A stretch of 64,000 nucleotides of DNA from Auanema rhodensis (lineage: Eukaryota > Animalia > Nematoda), in NCBI GenBank assembly GCA_964057225.1, contig OZ059897.1, positions 22,940,001-23,004,000 on the forward strand, read 5' to 3'. How positions within the stretch are numbered: position 1 is the first letter of the stretch; the number at the start of each line of letters is the position of its first letter. The notes below the pieces were generated by a model. It did no database searches. It was not told the origin of the DNA and saw nothing but the letters and a program-made list of their open reading frames with translations. Positions 26,225 to 41,800 of the stretch are shown piece by piece. Both the position numbers and the translations under genes were made by a program.

Positions 26225-29200
26225 GAATCTAATTTTGAAAACCGCATCTCTTCATCTTTCACGTGAAGCGAGTTACATACCAAGTGCACATCACGTGTAC
26301 ATTTAATTAGCATAAATTAAAGTTCACGTAAATTTCAAAGTCATGGTTACCATGCACCAATATCAATAAAAATTTGTTTTTAGACTAATATGGACATGGG
26401 GAATCTAATTTTGAAAACCGCATCTCTCTATCTTTCACGTGAAGCGAGTTACATACCAAGTGCACATCACGTGTACATTTAATTAGCATAAATTAAAGTT
26501 CACGTAAATTTCAAAGTCATGGTTACCATGCACCAATGTCAATAAAAATTTGTTTTTAGACTAATATGGACATGGGGAATCTAATTTTGAAAACCGCATC
26601 TCTTCATCTTTCACGTGAAGCGAGTTACATACCAAGTGCACATCACGTGTACATTTAATTAGCATAAATTAAAGTTCACGTAAATTTCAAAGTCATGGTT
26701 ACCATGCACCAATATCAATAAAAATTTGTTTTTAGACTAATATGGACATGGGGAATCTAATTTTGAAAACCGCATCTCTTCATCTTTCACGTGAAGCGAG
26801 TTACATACCAAGTGCACATCACGTGTACATTTAATTAGCATAAATTAAAGTTCACGTAAATTTCAAAGTCATGGTTACCATGAACCAATATCAATAAAAA
26901 TTTGTTTTTAGACTAATATGGACATGGGGAATCTAATTTTGAAAACCGCATCTCTTTATCTTTCACGTGAAGCGAGTTACATACCAAGTGCACATCACGT
27001 GTACATTTAATTAGCATAAATTAAAGTTCACGTAAATTTCAAAGTCATGGTTACCATGAACCAATATCAATAAAAATTTGTTTTTAGACTAATATGGACA
27101 TGGGGAATCTAATTTTGAAAACCGCATCTCTTTATCTCTCACGTGAAGCGAGTTACATACCAAGTGCACATCACGTGTACATTTAATTAGCATAAATTAA
27201 AGTTCACGTAAATTTCAAAGTCATGGTTACCATGCACCAATATCAATAAAAATTTGTTTTTAGACTAATATGGACATGGGGAATCTAATTTTGAAAACCG
27301 CATCTCTTTATCTTTCACGTGAAGCGAGTTACATACCAAGTGCACATCACGTGTACATTTAATTAGCATAAATTAAAGTTCACGTAAATTTCAAAGTCAT
27401 GGTTACCATGCACCAATGTCAATAAAAATTTGTTTTTAGACTAATATGGACATGGGGAATCTAATTTTGCAAACCGCATCTCTTCATCTTTCACGTGAAG
27501 CGAGTTACATACCAAGTGCACATCACGTGTACATTTGATTAGCATAAATTGAAGTTCACGTAAATTTCAAACTCATGGTTACCATGCACCAATATCAATA
27601 AAAATTTGTTTTTAGACTAATATGGACATGGGGAATCTAATTTTGAAAACCGCATCTCTTTATCTTTCACGTGAAGCGAGTTACATACCAAGTGCACATC
27701 ACGTGTACATTTAATTAGCATAAATTAAAGTTCACGTAAATTTCAAAGTCATGGTTACCATGAACCAATATCAATAAAAATTTGTTTTTAGACTAATATG
27801 GACATGGGGAATCTAATTTTGAAAACCGCATCTCTTTATCTTTCACTTGAAGCGAGTTACATACCAAGTGCACATCACGTGTACATTTAATTAGCATAAA
27901 TTAAAGTTCACGTAAATTTCAAAGTCATGGTTACCATGCACCAATATCAATAAAAATTTGTTTTTGAACTAATATGGACATGGGGAATCTAATTTTGGAA
28001 ACCGCATCTCTTTATCTTTCACGTGAAGCGAGTTACATACCAAGTGCACATCACGTGTACATTTAATTAGCATAAATTAAAGTTCACGTAAATTTCAAAG
28101 TCATGGTTACCATGCACCAATATCAATAAAAATTTGTTTTTAGACTAATATGGACATGGGGAATCTAATTTTGAAAACCGCATCTCTTTATCTTTCACTT
28201 GAAGCGAGTTACATACCAAGTGCACATCACGTGTACATTTAATTAGCATAAATTAAAGTTCACGTAAATTTCAAAGTCATGGTTACCAAGCACCAATATC
28301 AATAAAAATTTGTTTTTAGACTAATATGGACATGGGGAATCTAATTTTGGAAACCGCATCTCTTTATCTTTCACGTGAAGCGAGTTACATACCAAGTGCA
28401 CATCACGTGTACATTTAATTAGCATAAATTAAAGTTCACGTAAATTTCAAAGTCATGGTTACCATGCACCAATATCAATAAAAATTTGTTTTTAGACTAA
28501 TATGGACATGGGGAATCTAATTTTGAAAACCGCATCTCTTCATCTTTCACGTGAAGCGAGTTACATACCAAGTGCACATCACGTGTACATTTAATTAGCA
28601 TAAATTAAAGTTCACGTAAATTTCAAAGTCATGGTTACCATGCACCAATATCAATAAAAATTTGTTTTTAGACTAATATGGACATGGGGAATCTAATTTT
28701 GAAAACCGCATCTCGTTATCTTTCACGTGAAGCGAGTTACATACCAAGTGCACATCACGTGTACATTTAATTAGCATAAATTAAAGTTCACGTAAATTTC
28801 AAAGTCATGGTTACCATGCACCAATATCAATAAAAATTTGTTTTTAGACTAATATGGACATGGGGAATCTAATTTTGAAAACCGCATCTCTTTATCTTTC
28901 ACGTGAAGCGAGTTACATACCAAGTGCACATCACGTGTACAATTAATTAGCATAAATTAAAGTTCACGTAAATTTCAAAGTCATGGTTACCATGCACCAA
29001 TATCAATAAAAATTTGTTTTTAGACTAATATGGACATGGGGAATCTAATTTTGAAAACCGCATCTCTTCATCTTTCACGTGAAGCGAGTTACATACCAAG
29101 TGCACATCACGTGTACATTTAATTAGCATAAATTAAAGTTCACGTAAATTTCAAAGTCATGGTTACCATGCACCAATATCAATAAAAATTTGTTTTTAGA

Positions 29201-32032
29201 CTAATATGGACATGGGGAATCTAATTTTGAAAACCGCATCTCTCTATCTTTCACGTGAAGCGAGTTACATACCAAGTGCACATCACGTGTACATTTAATT
29301 AGCATAAATTAAAGTTCACGTAAATTTCAAAGTCATGGTTACCATGCACCAATGTCAATAAAAATTTGTTTTTAGACTAATATGGACATGGGGAATCTAA
29401 TTTTGAAAACCGCATCTCTTCATCTTTCACGTGAAGCGAGTTACATACCAAGTGCACATCACGTGTACATTTAATTAGCATAAATTAAAGTTCACGTAAA
29501 TTTCAAAGTCATGGTTACCATGCACCAATATCAATAAAAATTTGTTTTTAGACTAATATGGACATGGGGAATCTAATTTTGAAAACCGCATCTCTTCATC
29601 TTTCACGTGAAGCGAGTTACATACCAAGTGCACATCACGTGTACATTTAATTAGCATAAATTAAAGTTCACGTAAATTTCAAAGTCATGGTTACCATGAA
29701 CCAATATCAATAAAAATTTGTTTTTAGACTAATATGGACATGGGGAATCTAATTTTGAAAACCGCATCTCTTTATCTTTCACGTGAAGCGAGTTACATAC
29801 CAAGTGCACATCACGTGTACATTTAATTAGCATAAATTAAAGTTCACGTAAATTTCAAAGTCATGGTTACCATGAACCAATATCAATAAAAATTTGTTTT
29901 TAGACTAATATGGACATGGGGAATCTAATTTTGAAAACCGCATCTCTTTATCTCTCACGTGAAGCGAGTTACATACCAAGTGCACATCACGTGTACATTT
30001 AATTAGCATAAATTAAAGTTCACGTAAATTTCAAAGTCATGGTTACCATGCACCAATATCAATAAAAATTTGTTTTTAGACTAATATGGACATGGGGAAT
30101 CTAATTTTGAAAACCGCATCTCTTTATCTTTCACGTGAAGCGAGTTACATACCAAGTGCACATCACGTGTACATTTAATTAGCATAAATTAAAGTTCACG
30201 TAAATTTCAAAGTCATGGTTACCATGCACCAATGTCAATAAAAATTTGTTTTTAGACTAATATGGACATGGGGAATCTAATTTTGCAAACCGCATCTCTT
30301 CATCTTTCACGTGAAGCGAGTTACATACCAAGTGCACATCACGTGTACATTTGATTAGCATAAATTGAAGTTCACGTAAATTTCAAACTCATGGTTACCA
30401 TGCACCAATATCAATAAAAATTTGTTTTTAGACTAATATGGACATGGGGAATCTAATTTTGAAAACCGCATCTCTTTATCTTTCACGTGAAGCGAGTTAC
30501 ATACCAAGTGCACATCACGTGTACATTTAATTAGCATAAATTAAAGTTCACGTAAATTTCAAAGTCATGGTTACCATGAACCAATATCAATAAAAATTTG
30601 TTTTTAGACTAATATGGACATGGGGAATCTAATTTTGAAAACCGCATCTCTTTATCTTTCACTTGAAGCGAGTTACATACCAAGTGCACATCACGTGTAC
30701 ATTTAATTAGCATAAATTAAAGTTCACGTAAATTTCAAAGTCATGGTTACCATGCACCAATATCAATAAAAATTTGTTTTTGAACTAATATGGACATGGG
30801 GAATCTAATTTTGGAAACCGCATCTCTTTATCTTTCACGTGAAGCGAGTTACATACCAAGTGCACATCACGTGTACATTTAATTAGCATAAATTAAAGTT
30901 CACGTAAATTTCAAAGTCATGGTTACCATGCACCAATATCAATAAAAATTTGTTTTTAGACTAATATGGACATGGGGAATCTAATTTTGAAAACCGCATC
31001 TCTTTATCTTTCACTTGAAGCGAGTTACATACCAAGTGCACATCACGTGTACATTTAATTAGCATAAATTAAAGTTCACGTAAATTTCAAAGTCATGGTT
31101 ACCAAGCACCAATATCAATAAAAATTTGTTTTTAGACTAATATGGACATGGGGAATCTAATTTTGGAAACCGCATCTCTTTATCTTTCACGTGAAGCGAG
31201 TTACATACCAAGTGCACATCACGTGTACATTTAATTAGCATAAATTAAAGTTCACGTAAATTTCAAAGTCATGGTTACCATGCACCAATATCAATAAAAA
31301 TTTGTTTTTAGACTAATATGGACATGGGGAATCTAATTTTGAAAACCGCATCTCTTCATCTTTCACGTGAAGCGAGTTACATACCAAGTGCACATCACGT
31401 GTACATTTAATTAGCATAAATTAAAGTTCACGTAAATTTCAAAGTCATGGTTACCATGCACCAATATCAATAAAAATTTGTTTTTAGACTAATATGGACA
31501 TGGGGAATCTAATTTTGAAAACCGCATCTCGTTATCTTTCACGTGAAGCGAGTTACATACCAAGTGCACATCACGTGTACATTTAATTAGCATAAATTAA
31601 AGTTCACGTAAATTTCAAAGTCATGGTTACCATGCACCAATATCAATAAAAATTTGTTTTTAGACTAATATGGACATGGGGAATCTAATTTTGAAAACCG
31701 CATCTCTTTATCTTTCACGTGAAGCGAGTTACATACCAAGTGCACATCACGTGTACAATTAATTAGCATAAATTAAAGTTCACGTAAATTTCAAAGTCAT
31801 GGTTACCATGCACCAATATCAATAAAAATTTGTTTTTAGACTAATATGGACATGGGGAATCTAATTTTGAAAACCGCATCTCTTCATCTTTCACGTGAAG
31901 CGAGTTACATACCAAGTGCACATCACGTGTACATTTAATTAGCATAAATTAAAGTTCACGTAAATTTCAAAGTCATGGTTACCATGCACCAATATCAATA
32001 AAAATTTGTTTTTAGACTAATATGGACATGGG
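26225..32032. repeat. Tandem duplication of a 16-monomer unit (2,816 bp x2), apparently identical copies
   Basis: The five-variant monomer (A14C, T29C, A81G, A95G, G116C) sits at 27457 and 30273. T34C, G39T, A158G+G159A, A14G, T129A, T27G and T78A all recur at +2816. Confidence 0.93.
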
Positions 32033-33792
32033 GAATCTAATTTTGAAAACCGCATCTCTTTATCTTTCACGTGAAGCGAGTTACATACCAAGTGCACATC
32101 ACGTGTACATTTAATTAGCATAAATTAAAGTTCACGTAAATTTCAAAGTCATGGTTACCATGCACCAATGTCAATAAAAATTTGTTTTTAGACTAATATG
32201 GACATGGGGAATCTAATTTTGAAAACCGCATCTCTTCATCTTTCACGTGAAGCGAGTTACATACCAAGTGCACATCACGTGTACATTTAATTAGCATAAA
32301 TTAAAGTTCACGTAAATTTCAAAGTCATGGTTACCATGCACCAATATCAATAAAAATTTGTTTTTAGACTAATATGGACATGGGGAATCTAATTTTGAAA
32401 ACCGCATCTCTTCATCTTTCACGTGAAGCGAGTTACATACCAAGTGCACATCACGTGTACATTTAATTAGCATAAATTAAAGTTCACGTAAATTTCAAAG
32501 TCATGGTTACCATGCACCAATATCAATAAAAATTTGTTTTTAGACTAATATGGACATGGGGAATCTAATTTTGAAAACCGCATCTCTTCATCTTTCACGT
32601 GAAGCGAGTTACATACCAAGTGCACATCACGTGTACATTTAATTAGCATAAATTAAAGTTCACGTAAATTTCAAAGTCATGGTTACCATGCACCAATATA
32701 AATAAAAATTTGTTTTTAGACTAATATGGACATGGGGAATCTAATTTTGAAAACCGCATCTCTCTATCTTTCACGTGAAGCGAGTTACATACCAAGTGCA
32801 CATCACGTGTACATTTAATTAGCATAAATTAAAGTTCACGTAAATTTCAAAGTCATGGTTACCATGCACCAATATCAATAAAAATTTGTTTTTAGACTAA
32901 TATGGACATGGGGAATCTAATTTTGAAAACCGCATCTCTTTATCTTTCACGTGAAGCGAGTTACATACCAAGTGCCCATCACGTGTACATTTAATTAGCA
33001 TAAATTAAAGTTCACGTAAATTTCAAAGTCATGGTTACCATGCACCAATATCAATAAAAATTTGTTTTTAGACTAATATGGACATGGGGAATCTAATTTT
33101 GAAAACCGCATCTCGTTATCTTTCACGTGAAGCGAGTTACATACCAAGTGCACATCACGTGTACATTTAATTAGCATAAATTAAAGTTCACGTAAATTTC
33201 AAAGTCATGGTTACCATGCACCAATATCAATAAAAATTTGTTTTTAGACTAATATGGACATGGGGAATCTAATTTTGAAAACCGCATCTCTTCATCTTTC
33301 ACGTGAAGCGAGTTACATACCAAGTGCACATCACGTGTACATTTAATTAGCATAAATTAAAGTTCACGTAAATTTCAAAGTCATGGTTACCATGCACCAA
33401 TGTCAATAAAAATTTGTTTTTAGACTAATATGGACATGGGGAATCTAATTTTGAAAACCGCATCTCTTCATCTTTCACGTGAAGCGAGTTACATACCAAG
33501 TGCACATCACGTGTACATTTAATTAGCATAAATTAAAGTTCACGTAAATTCCAAAGTCATGGTTACCATGCACCAATATCAATAAAAATTTGTTTTTAGA
33601 CTAATATGGACATGGGGAATCTAATTTTGAAAACAGCATCTCTTCATCTTTCACGTGAAGCGAGTTACATACCAAGTGCACATCACGTGTACATTTAATT
33701 AGCATAAATTAAAGTTCACGTAAATTTCAAAGTCATGGTTACCATGCACCAATGTCAATAAAAATTTGTTTTTAGACTAATATGGACATGGG

Positions 33793-36608
33793 GAATCTAA
33801 TTTTGAAAACCGCATCTCTTCATCTTTCACGTGAAGCGAGTTACATACCAAGTGCACATCACGTGTACATTTAATTAGCATAAATTAAAGTTCACGTAAA
33901 TTCCAAAGTCATGGTTACCATGCACCAATATCAATAAAAATTTGTTTTTAGACTAATATGGACATGGGGAATCTAATTTTGAAAACAGCATCTCTTCATC
34001 TTTCACGTGAAGCGAGTTACATACCAAGTGCACATCACGTGTACATTTAATTAGCATAAATTAAAGTTCACGTAAATTTCAAAGTCATGGTTACCATGAA
34101 CCAATATCAATAAAAATTTGTTTTTAGACTAATATGGACATGGGGAATCTAATTTTGAAAACCGCATCTCTTTATCTTTCACGTGAAGCGAGTTACATAC
34201 CAAGTGCACATCACGTGTACATTTAATTAGCATAAATTAAAGTTCACGTAAATTTCAAAGTCAAGGTTACCATGCACCAATATCAATAAAAATTTGTTTT
34301 TAGACTAATATGGACATGGGGAATCTAATTTTGAAAACCGCATCTCTTTATCTTTCACGTGAAGCGAGTTACATACCAAGTGCACATCACGTGTACATTT
34401 AATTAGCATAAATTAAAGTTCACGTAAATTTCAAAGTCATGGTTACCATGAAGCAATATCAATAAAAATTTGTTTTTAGACTAATATGGACATGGGGAAT
34501 CTAATTTTGAAAACCGCATCTCTTTATCTTTCACGTGAAGCGAGTTACATACCAAGTGCACATCACGTGTACATTTAATTAGCATAAATTAAAGTTCACG
34601 TAAATTTCAAAGTCATGGTTACCATGAACCAATATCAATAAAAATTTGTTTTTAGACTAATATGGACATGGGGAATCTAATTTTGAAAACCGCATCTCTT
34701 TATCTTTCACGTGAAGCGAGTTACATACCAAGTGCACATCACGTGTACATTTAATTAGCATAAATTAAAGTTCACGTAAATTTCAAAGTCATGGTTACCA
34801 TGAACCAATATCAATAAAAATTTGTTTTTAGACTAATATGGACATGGGGAATCTAATTTTGAAAACCGCATCTCTTTATCTTTCACGTGAAGCGAGTTAC
34901 ATACCAAGTGCACATCACGTGTACATTTAATTAGCATAAATTAAAGTTCACGTAAATTTCAAAGTCATGGTTACCATGCACCAATATCAATAAAAATTTG
35001 TTTTTAGACTAATATGGACATGGGGAATCTAATTTTGAATACCGCATCTCTTTATCTTTCACGTGAAGCGAGTTACATACCAAGTGCACATCACGTGTAC
35101 ATTTAATTAGCATAAATTAAAGTTCACGTAAATTTCAAAGTCATGGTTACCATGAACCAATATCAATAAAAATTTGTTTTTAGACTAATATGGACATGGG
35201 GAATCTAATTTTGAAAACCGCATCTCTTCATCTTTCACGTGAAGCGAGTTACATACCAAGTGCACATCACGTGTACATTTAATTAGCATAAATTAAAGTT
35301 CACGTAAATTTCAAAGTCATGGTTACCATGAACCAATATCAATAAAAATTTGTTTTTAGACTAATATGGACATGTGGAATCTAATTTTGAAAACCGCATC
35401 GCTTTATCTTTCACGTGAAGCGAGTTACATACCAAGTGCACATCACGTGTACATTTAATTAGCATAAATTAAAGTTCACGTAAATTTCAAAGTCATGGTT
35501 ACCATGCACCAATATCAATAAAAATTTGTTTTTAGACTAATATGGACATGGGGAATATAATTTTGAAAACCGCATCTCTTTATCTTTCACGTGAAGCGAG
35601 TTACATACCAAGTGCACATCACGTGTACATTTAATTAGCATAAATTAAAGTTCACGTAAATTTCAAAGTCATGGTTACCATGAACCAATATCAATAAAAA
35701 TTTGTTTTTAGACTAATATGGACATGGGGAATCTAATTTTGAAAACCGCATCTCTTTATCTTTCACGTGAAGCGAGTTACATACCAAGTGCACATCACGT
35801 GTACATTTAGTTAGCATAAATTAAAGTTCACGTAAATTTCAAAGTCATGGTTACCATGCACCAATATCAATAAAAATTTGTTTTTAAACTAATATGGACA
35901 TGGGGAATCTAATTTTGAAAACCGCATCTCTTTATCTTTCACGTGAAGCGAGTTACATACCAAGTGCACATCACGTGTACATTTAATTAGCATAAATTAA
36001 AGTTCACGTAAATTTCAAAGTCATGGTTACCATGCACCAATATCAATAAAAATTTGTTTTTAGACTAATATGGACATGGGGAATCTAATTTTGAAAACCG
36101 CATCTCTTTATCTTTCACGTGAAGCGAGTTACATACCAAGTGCCCATCACGTGTACATTTAATTAGCATAAATTAAAGTTCACGTAAATTTCAAAGTCAT
36201 GGTTACCATGCACCAATATCAATAAAAATTTGTTTTTAGACTAATATGGACATGGGGAATCTAATTTTGAAAACCGCATCTCGTTATCTTTCACGTGAAG
36301 CGAGTTACATACCAAGTGCACATCACGTGTACATTTAATTAGCATAAATTAAAGTTCACGTAAATTTCAAAGTCATGGTTACCATGCACCAATATCAATA
36401 AAAATTTGTTTTTAGACTAATATGGACATGGGGAATCTAATTTTGAAAACCGCATCTCTTTATCTTTCACGTGAAGCGAGTTACATACCAAGTGCACATC
36501 ACGTGTACATTTAATTAGCATAAATTAAAGTTCACGTAAATTTCAAAGTCATGGTTACCATGAACCAATATCAATAAAAATTTGTTTTTAGACTAATATG
36601 GACATGGG
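33793..36608. repeat. Dispersed copy of the 16-monomer block at 20065-22880 (offset 13,728 bp = 78 monomers)
   Basis: M193-208 match M115-130, including rare markers G175T, T25G and C5A seen only in these two blocks, plus A16T, T120A and A82G+G159A in the same order. Confidence 0.9.
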
Positions 36609-36960
36609 GAATCTAATTTTGAAAACCGCATCTCTTTATCTTTCACGTGAAGCGAGTTACATACCAAGTGCACATCACGTGTACATTTAATTAGCATAAA
36701 TTAAAGTTCACGTAAATTTCAAAGTCATGGTTACCATGCACCAATATCAATAAAAATTTGTTTTTAGACTAATATGGACATGGGGAATCTAATTTTGAAA
36801 ACCGCATCTCTTTATCTTTCACGTGAAGCGAGTTACATACCAAGTGCACATCACGTGTACATTTAATTAGCATAAATTAAAGTTCACGTAAATTTCAAAG
36901 TCATGGTTACCATGAACCAATATCAATAAAAATTTGTTTTTAGACTAATATGGACATGGG

Positions 36961-38544
36961 GAATCTAATTTTGAAAACCGCATCTCTTTATCTTTCACGT
37001 GAAGCGAGTTACATACCAAGTGCACATCACGTGTACATTTAATTAGCATAAATTAAAGTTCACGTAAATTTCAAAGTCATGGTTACCATGAACCAATATC
37101 AATAAAAATTTGTTTTTAGACTAATATGGACATGGGGAATCTAATTTTGAAAACCGCATCTCTTTATCTCTCACGTGAAGCGAGTTACATACCAAGTGCA
37201 CATCACGTGTACATTTAATTAGCATAAATTAAAGTTCACGTAAATTTCAAAGTCATGGTTACCATGCACCAATATCAATAAAAATTTGTTTTTAGACTAA
37301 TATGGACATGGGGAATCTAATTTTGAAAACCGCATCTCTTTATCTTTCACGTGAAGCGAGTTACATACCAAGTGCACATCACGTGTACATTTAATTAGCA
37401 TAAATTAAAGTTCACGTAAATTTCAAAGTCATGGTTACCATGCACCAATGTCAATAAAAATTTGTTTTTAGACTAATATGGACATGGGGAATCTAATTTT
37501 GCAAACCGCATCTCTTCATCTTTCACGTGAAGCGAGTTACATACCAAGTGCACATCACGTGTACATTTGATTAGCATAAATTGAAGTTCACGTAAATTTC
37601 AAAGTCATGGTTACCATGCACCAATATCAATAAAAATTTGTTTTTAGACTAATATGGACATGGGGAATCTAATTTTGAAAACCGCATCTCTTTATCTTTC
37701 ACGTGAAGCGAGTTACATACCAAGTGCACATCACGTGTACATTTAATTAGCATAAATTAAAGTTCACGTAAATTTCAAAGTCATGGTTACCATGAACCAA
37801 TATCAATAAAAATTTGTTTTTAGACTAATATGGACATGGGGAATCTAATTTTGAAAACCGCATCTCTTTATCTTTCACTTGAAGCGAGTTACATACCAAG
37901 TGCACATCACGTGTACATTTAATTAGCATAAATTAAAGTTCACGTAAATTTCAAAGTCATGGTTACCATGCACCAATATCAATAAAAATTTGTTTTTGAA
38001 CTAATATGGACATGGGGAATCTAATTTTGGAAACCGCATCTCTTTATCTTTCACGTGAAGCGAGTTACATACCAAGTGCACATCACGTGTACATTTAATT
38101 AGCATAAATTAAAGTTCACGTAAATTTCAAAGTCATGGTTACCATGCACCAATATCAATAAAAATTTGTTTTTAGACTAATATGGACATGGGGAATCTAA
38201 TTTTGAAAACCGCATCTCTTTATCTTTCACTTGAAGCGAGTTACATACCAAGTGCACATCACGTGTACATTTAATTAGCATAAATTAAAGTTCACGTAAA
38301 TTTCAAAGTCATGGTTACCAAGCACCAATATCAATAAAAATTTGTTTTTAGACTAATATGGACATGGGGAATCTAATTTTGGAAACCGCATCTCTTTATC
38401 TTTCACGTGAAGCGAGTTACATACCAAGTGCACATCACGTGTACATTTAATTAGCATAAATTAAAGTTCACGTAAATTTCAAAGTCATGGTTACCATGCA
38501 CCAATGTCAATAAAAATTTGTTTTTAGACTAATATGGACATGGG
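36961..38544. repeat. Third, partial copy of the 16-mer core (matches 26929-28512)
   Basis: M211-219 carry T34C; A138G; A14C+T29C+A81G+A95G (lacking G116C); G39T+A158G+G159A; A14G; G39T+T129A; A14G. Confidence 0.88.
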
Positions 38545-38896
38545 GAATCTAATTTTGAAAACCGCATCTCTTCATCTTTCACGTGAAGCGAGTTACATAC
38601 CAAGTGCACATCACGTGTACATTTAATTAGCATAAATTAAAGTTCACGTAAATTTCAAAGTCATGGTTACCATGCACCAATATCAATAAAAATTTGTTTT
38701 TAGACTAATATGGACATGGGGAATCTAATTTTGAAAACCGCATCTCTTCATCTTTCACGTGAAGCGAGTTACATACCAAGTGCACATCACGTGTACATTT
38801 AATTAGCATAAATTAAAGTTCACGTAAATTTCAAAGTCATGGTTACCATGCACCAATATCAATAAAAATTTGTTTTTAGACTAATATGGACATGGG

Positions 38897-41800
38897 GAAT
38901 CTAATTTTGAAAACCGCATCTCGTTATCTTTCACGTGAAGCGAGTTACATACCAAGTGCACATCACGTGTACATTTAATTAGCATAAATTAAAGTTCACG
39001 TAAATTTCAAAGTCATGGTTACCATGCACCAATATCAATAAAAATTTGTTTTTAGACTAATATGGACATGGGGAATCTAATTTTGAAAACCGCATCTCTT
39101 TATCTTTCACGTGAAGCGAGTTACATACCAAGTGCACATCACGTGTACATTTAATTAGCATAAATTAAAGTTCACGTAAATTTCAAAGTCATGGTTACCA
39201 TGAACCAATATCAATAAAAATTTGTTTTTAGACTAATATGGACATGGGAAATCTAATTTTGAAAACCGCATCTCTTTATCTTTCACGTGAAGCGAGTTAC
39301 ATACCAAGTGCCCATCACGTGTACATTTAATTAGCATAAATTAAAGTTCACGTAAATTTCAAAGTCATGGTTACCATGCACCAATATCAATAAAAATTTG
39401 TTTTTAGACTAATATGGACATGGGGAATCTAATTTTGAAAACCGCATCTCCTTATCTTTCACGTGAAGCGAGTTACATACCAAGTGCACATCACGTGTAC
39501 ATTTAATTAGCATAAATTAAAGTTCACGTAAATTTCAAAGTCATGGTTACCATGCACCAATATCAATAAAAATTTGTTTTTAGACTAATATGGACATGGG
39601 GAATCTAATTTTGAAAACCGCATCTCTTTATCTTTCACGTGAAGCGAGTTACATACCAAGTGCACATCACGTGTACAATTAATTAGCATAAATTAAAGTT
39701 CACGTAAATTTCAAAGTCATGGTTACCATGCACCAATATCAATAAAAATTTGTTTTTAGACTAATATGGACATGGGGAATCTAATTTTGAAAACCGCATC
39801 TCTTCATCTTTCACGTGAAGCGAGTTACATACCAAGTGCACATCACGTGTACATTTAATTAGCATAAATTAAAGTTCACGTAAATTTCAAAGTCATGGTT
39901 ACCATGCACCAATATCAATAAAAATTTGTTTTTAGACTAATATGGACATGGGGAATCTAATTTTGAAAACCGCATCTCTTTATCTTTCACGTGAAGCGAG
40001 TTACATACCAAGTGCACATCACGTGTACATTTAATTAGCATAAATTAAAGTTCACGTAAATTTCAAAGTCATGGTTACCATGCACCAATGTCAATAAAAA
40101 TTTGTTTTTAGACTAATATGGACATGGGGAATCTAATTTTGAAAACCGCATCTCTTCATCTTTCACGTGAAGCGAGTTACATACCAAGTGCACATCACGT
40201 GTACATTTAATTAGCATAAATTAAAGTTCACGTAAATTTCAAAGTCATGGTTACCATGCACCAATATCAATAAAAATTTGTTTTTAGACTAATATGGACA
40301 TGGGGAATCTAATTTTGAAAACCGCATCTCTTCATCTTTCACGTGAAGCGAGTTACATACCAAGTGCACATCACGTGTACATTTAATTAGCATAAATTAA
40401 AGTTCACGTAAATTTCAAAGTCATGGTTACCATGCACCAATATCAATAAAAATTTGTTTTTAGACTAATATGGACATGGGGAATCTAATTTTGAAAACCG
40501 CATCTCTTCATCTTTCACGTGAAGCGAGTTACATACCAAGTGCACATCACGTGTACATTTAATTAGCATAAATTAAAGTTCACGTAAATTTCAAAGTCAT
40601 GGTTACCATGCACCAATATAAATAAAAATTTGTTTTTAGACTAATATGGACATGGGGAATCTAATTTTGAAAACCGCATCTCTCTATCTTTCACGTGAAG
40701 CGAGTTACATACCAAGTGCACATCACGTGTACATTTAATTAGCATAAATTAAAGTTCACGTAAATTTCAAAGTCATGGTTACCATGCACCAATGTCAATA
40801 AAAATTTGTTTTTAGACTAATATGGACATGGGGAATCTAATTTTGAAAACCGCATCTCTTCATCTTTCACGTGAAGCGAGTTACATACCAAGTGCACATC
40901 ACGTGTACATTTAATTAGCATAAATTAAAGTTCACGTAAATTTCAAAGTCATGGTTACCAAGCACCAATATCAATAAAAATTTGTTTTTAGACTAATATG
41001 GACATGGGGAATCTAATTTTGAAAACCGCATCTCTTTATCTTTCACGTGAAGCGAGTTACATACCAAGTGCACATCACGTGTACATTTAATTAGCATAAA
41101 TTAAAGTTCACGTAAATTTCAAAGTCATGGTTACCATGAACCAATATCAATAAAAATTTGTTTTTAGACTAATATGGACATGGGGAATCTAATTTTGAAA
41201 ACCGCATCTCTTTATCTTTCACGTGAAGCGAGTTACATACCAAGTGCACATCACGTGTACATTTAATTAGCATAAATTAAAGTTCACGTAAATTTCAAAG
41301 TCATGGTTACCATGCACCAATGTCAATAAAAATTTGTTTTTAGACTAATATGGACATGGGGAATCTAATTTTGAAAACCGCATCTCTTCATCTTTCACGT
41401 GAAGCGAGTTACATACCAAGTGCACATCACGTGTACATTTAATTAGCATAAATTAAAGTTCACGTAAATTTCAAAGTCATGGTTACCATGCACCAATATC
41501 AATAAAAATTTGTTTTTAGACTAATATGGACATGGGGAATCTAATTTTGAAAACCGCATCTCTCTATCTTTCACGTGAAGCGAGTTACATACCAAGTGCA
41601 CATCACGTGTACATTTAATTAGCATAAATTAAAGTTCACGTAAATTTCAAAGTCATGGTTACCATGCACCAATGTCAATAAAAATTTGTTTTTAGACTAA
41701 TATGGACATGGGGAATCTAATTTTGAAAACCGCATCTCTTCATCTTTCACGTGAAGCGAGTTACATACCAAGTGCACATCACGTGTACATTTAATTAGCA

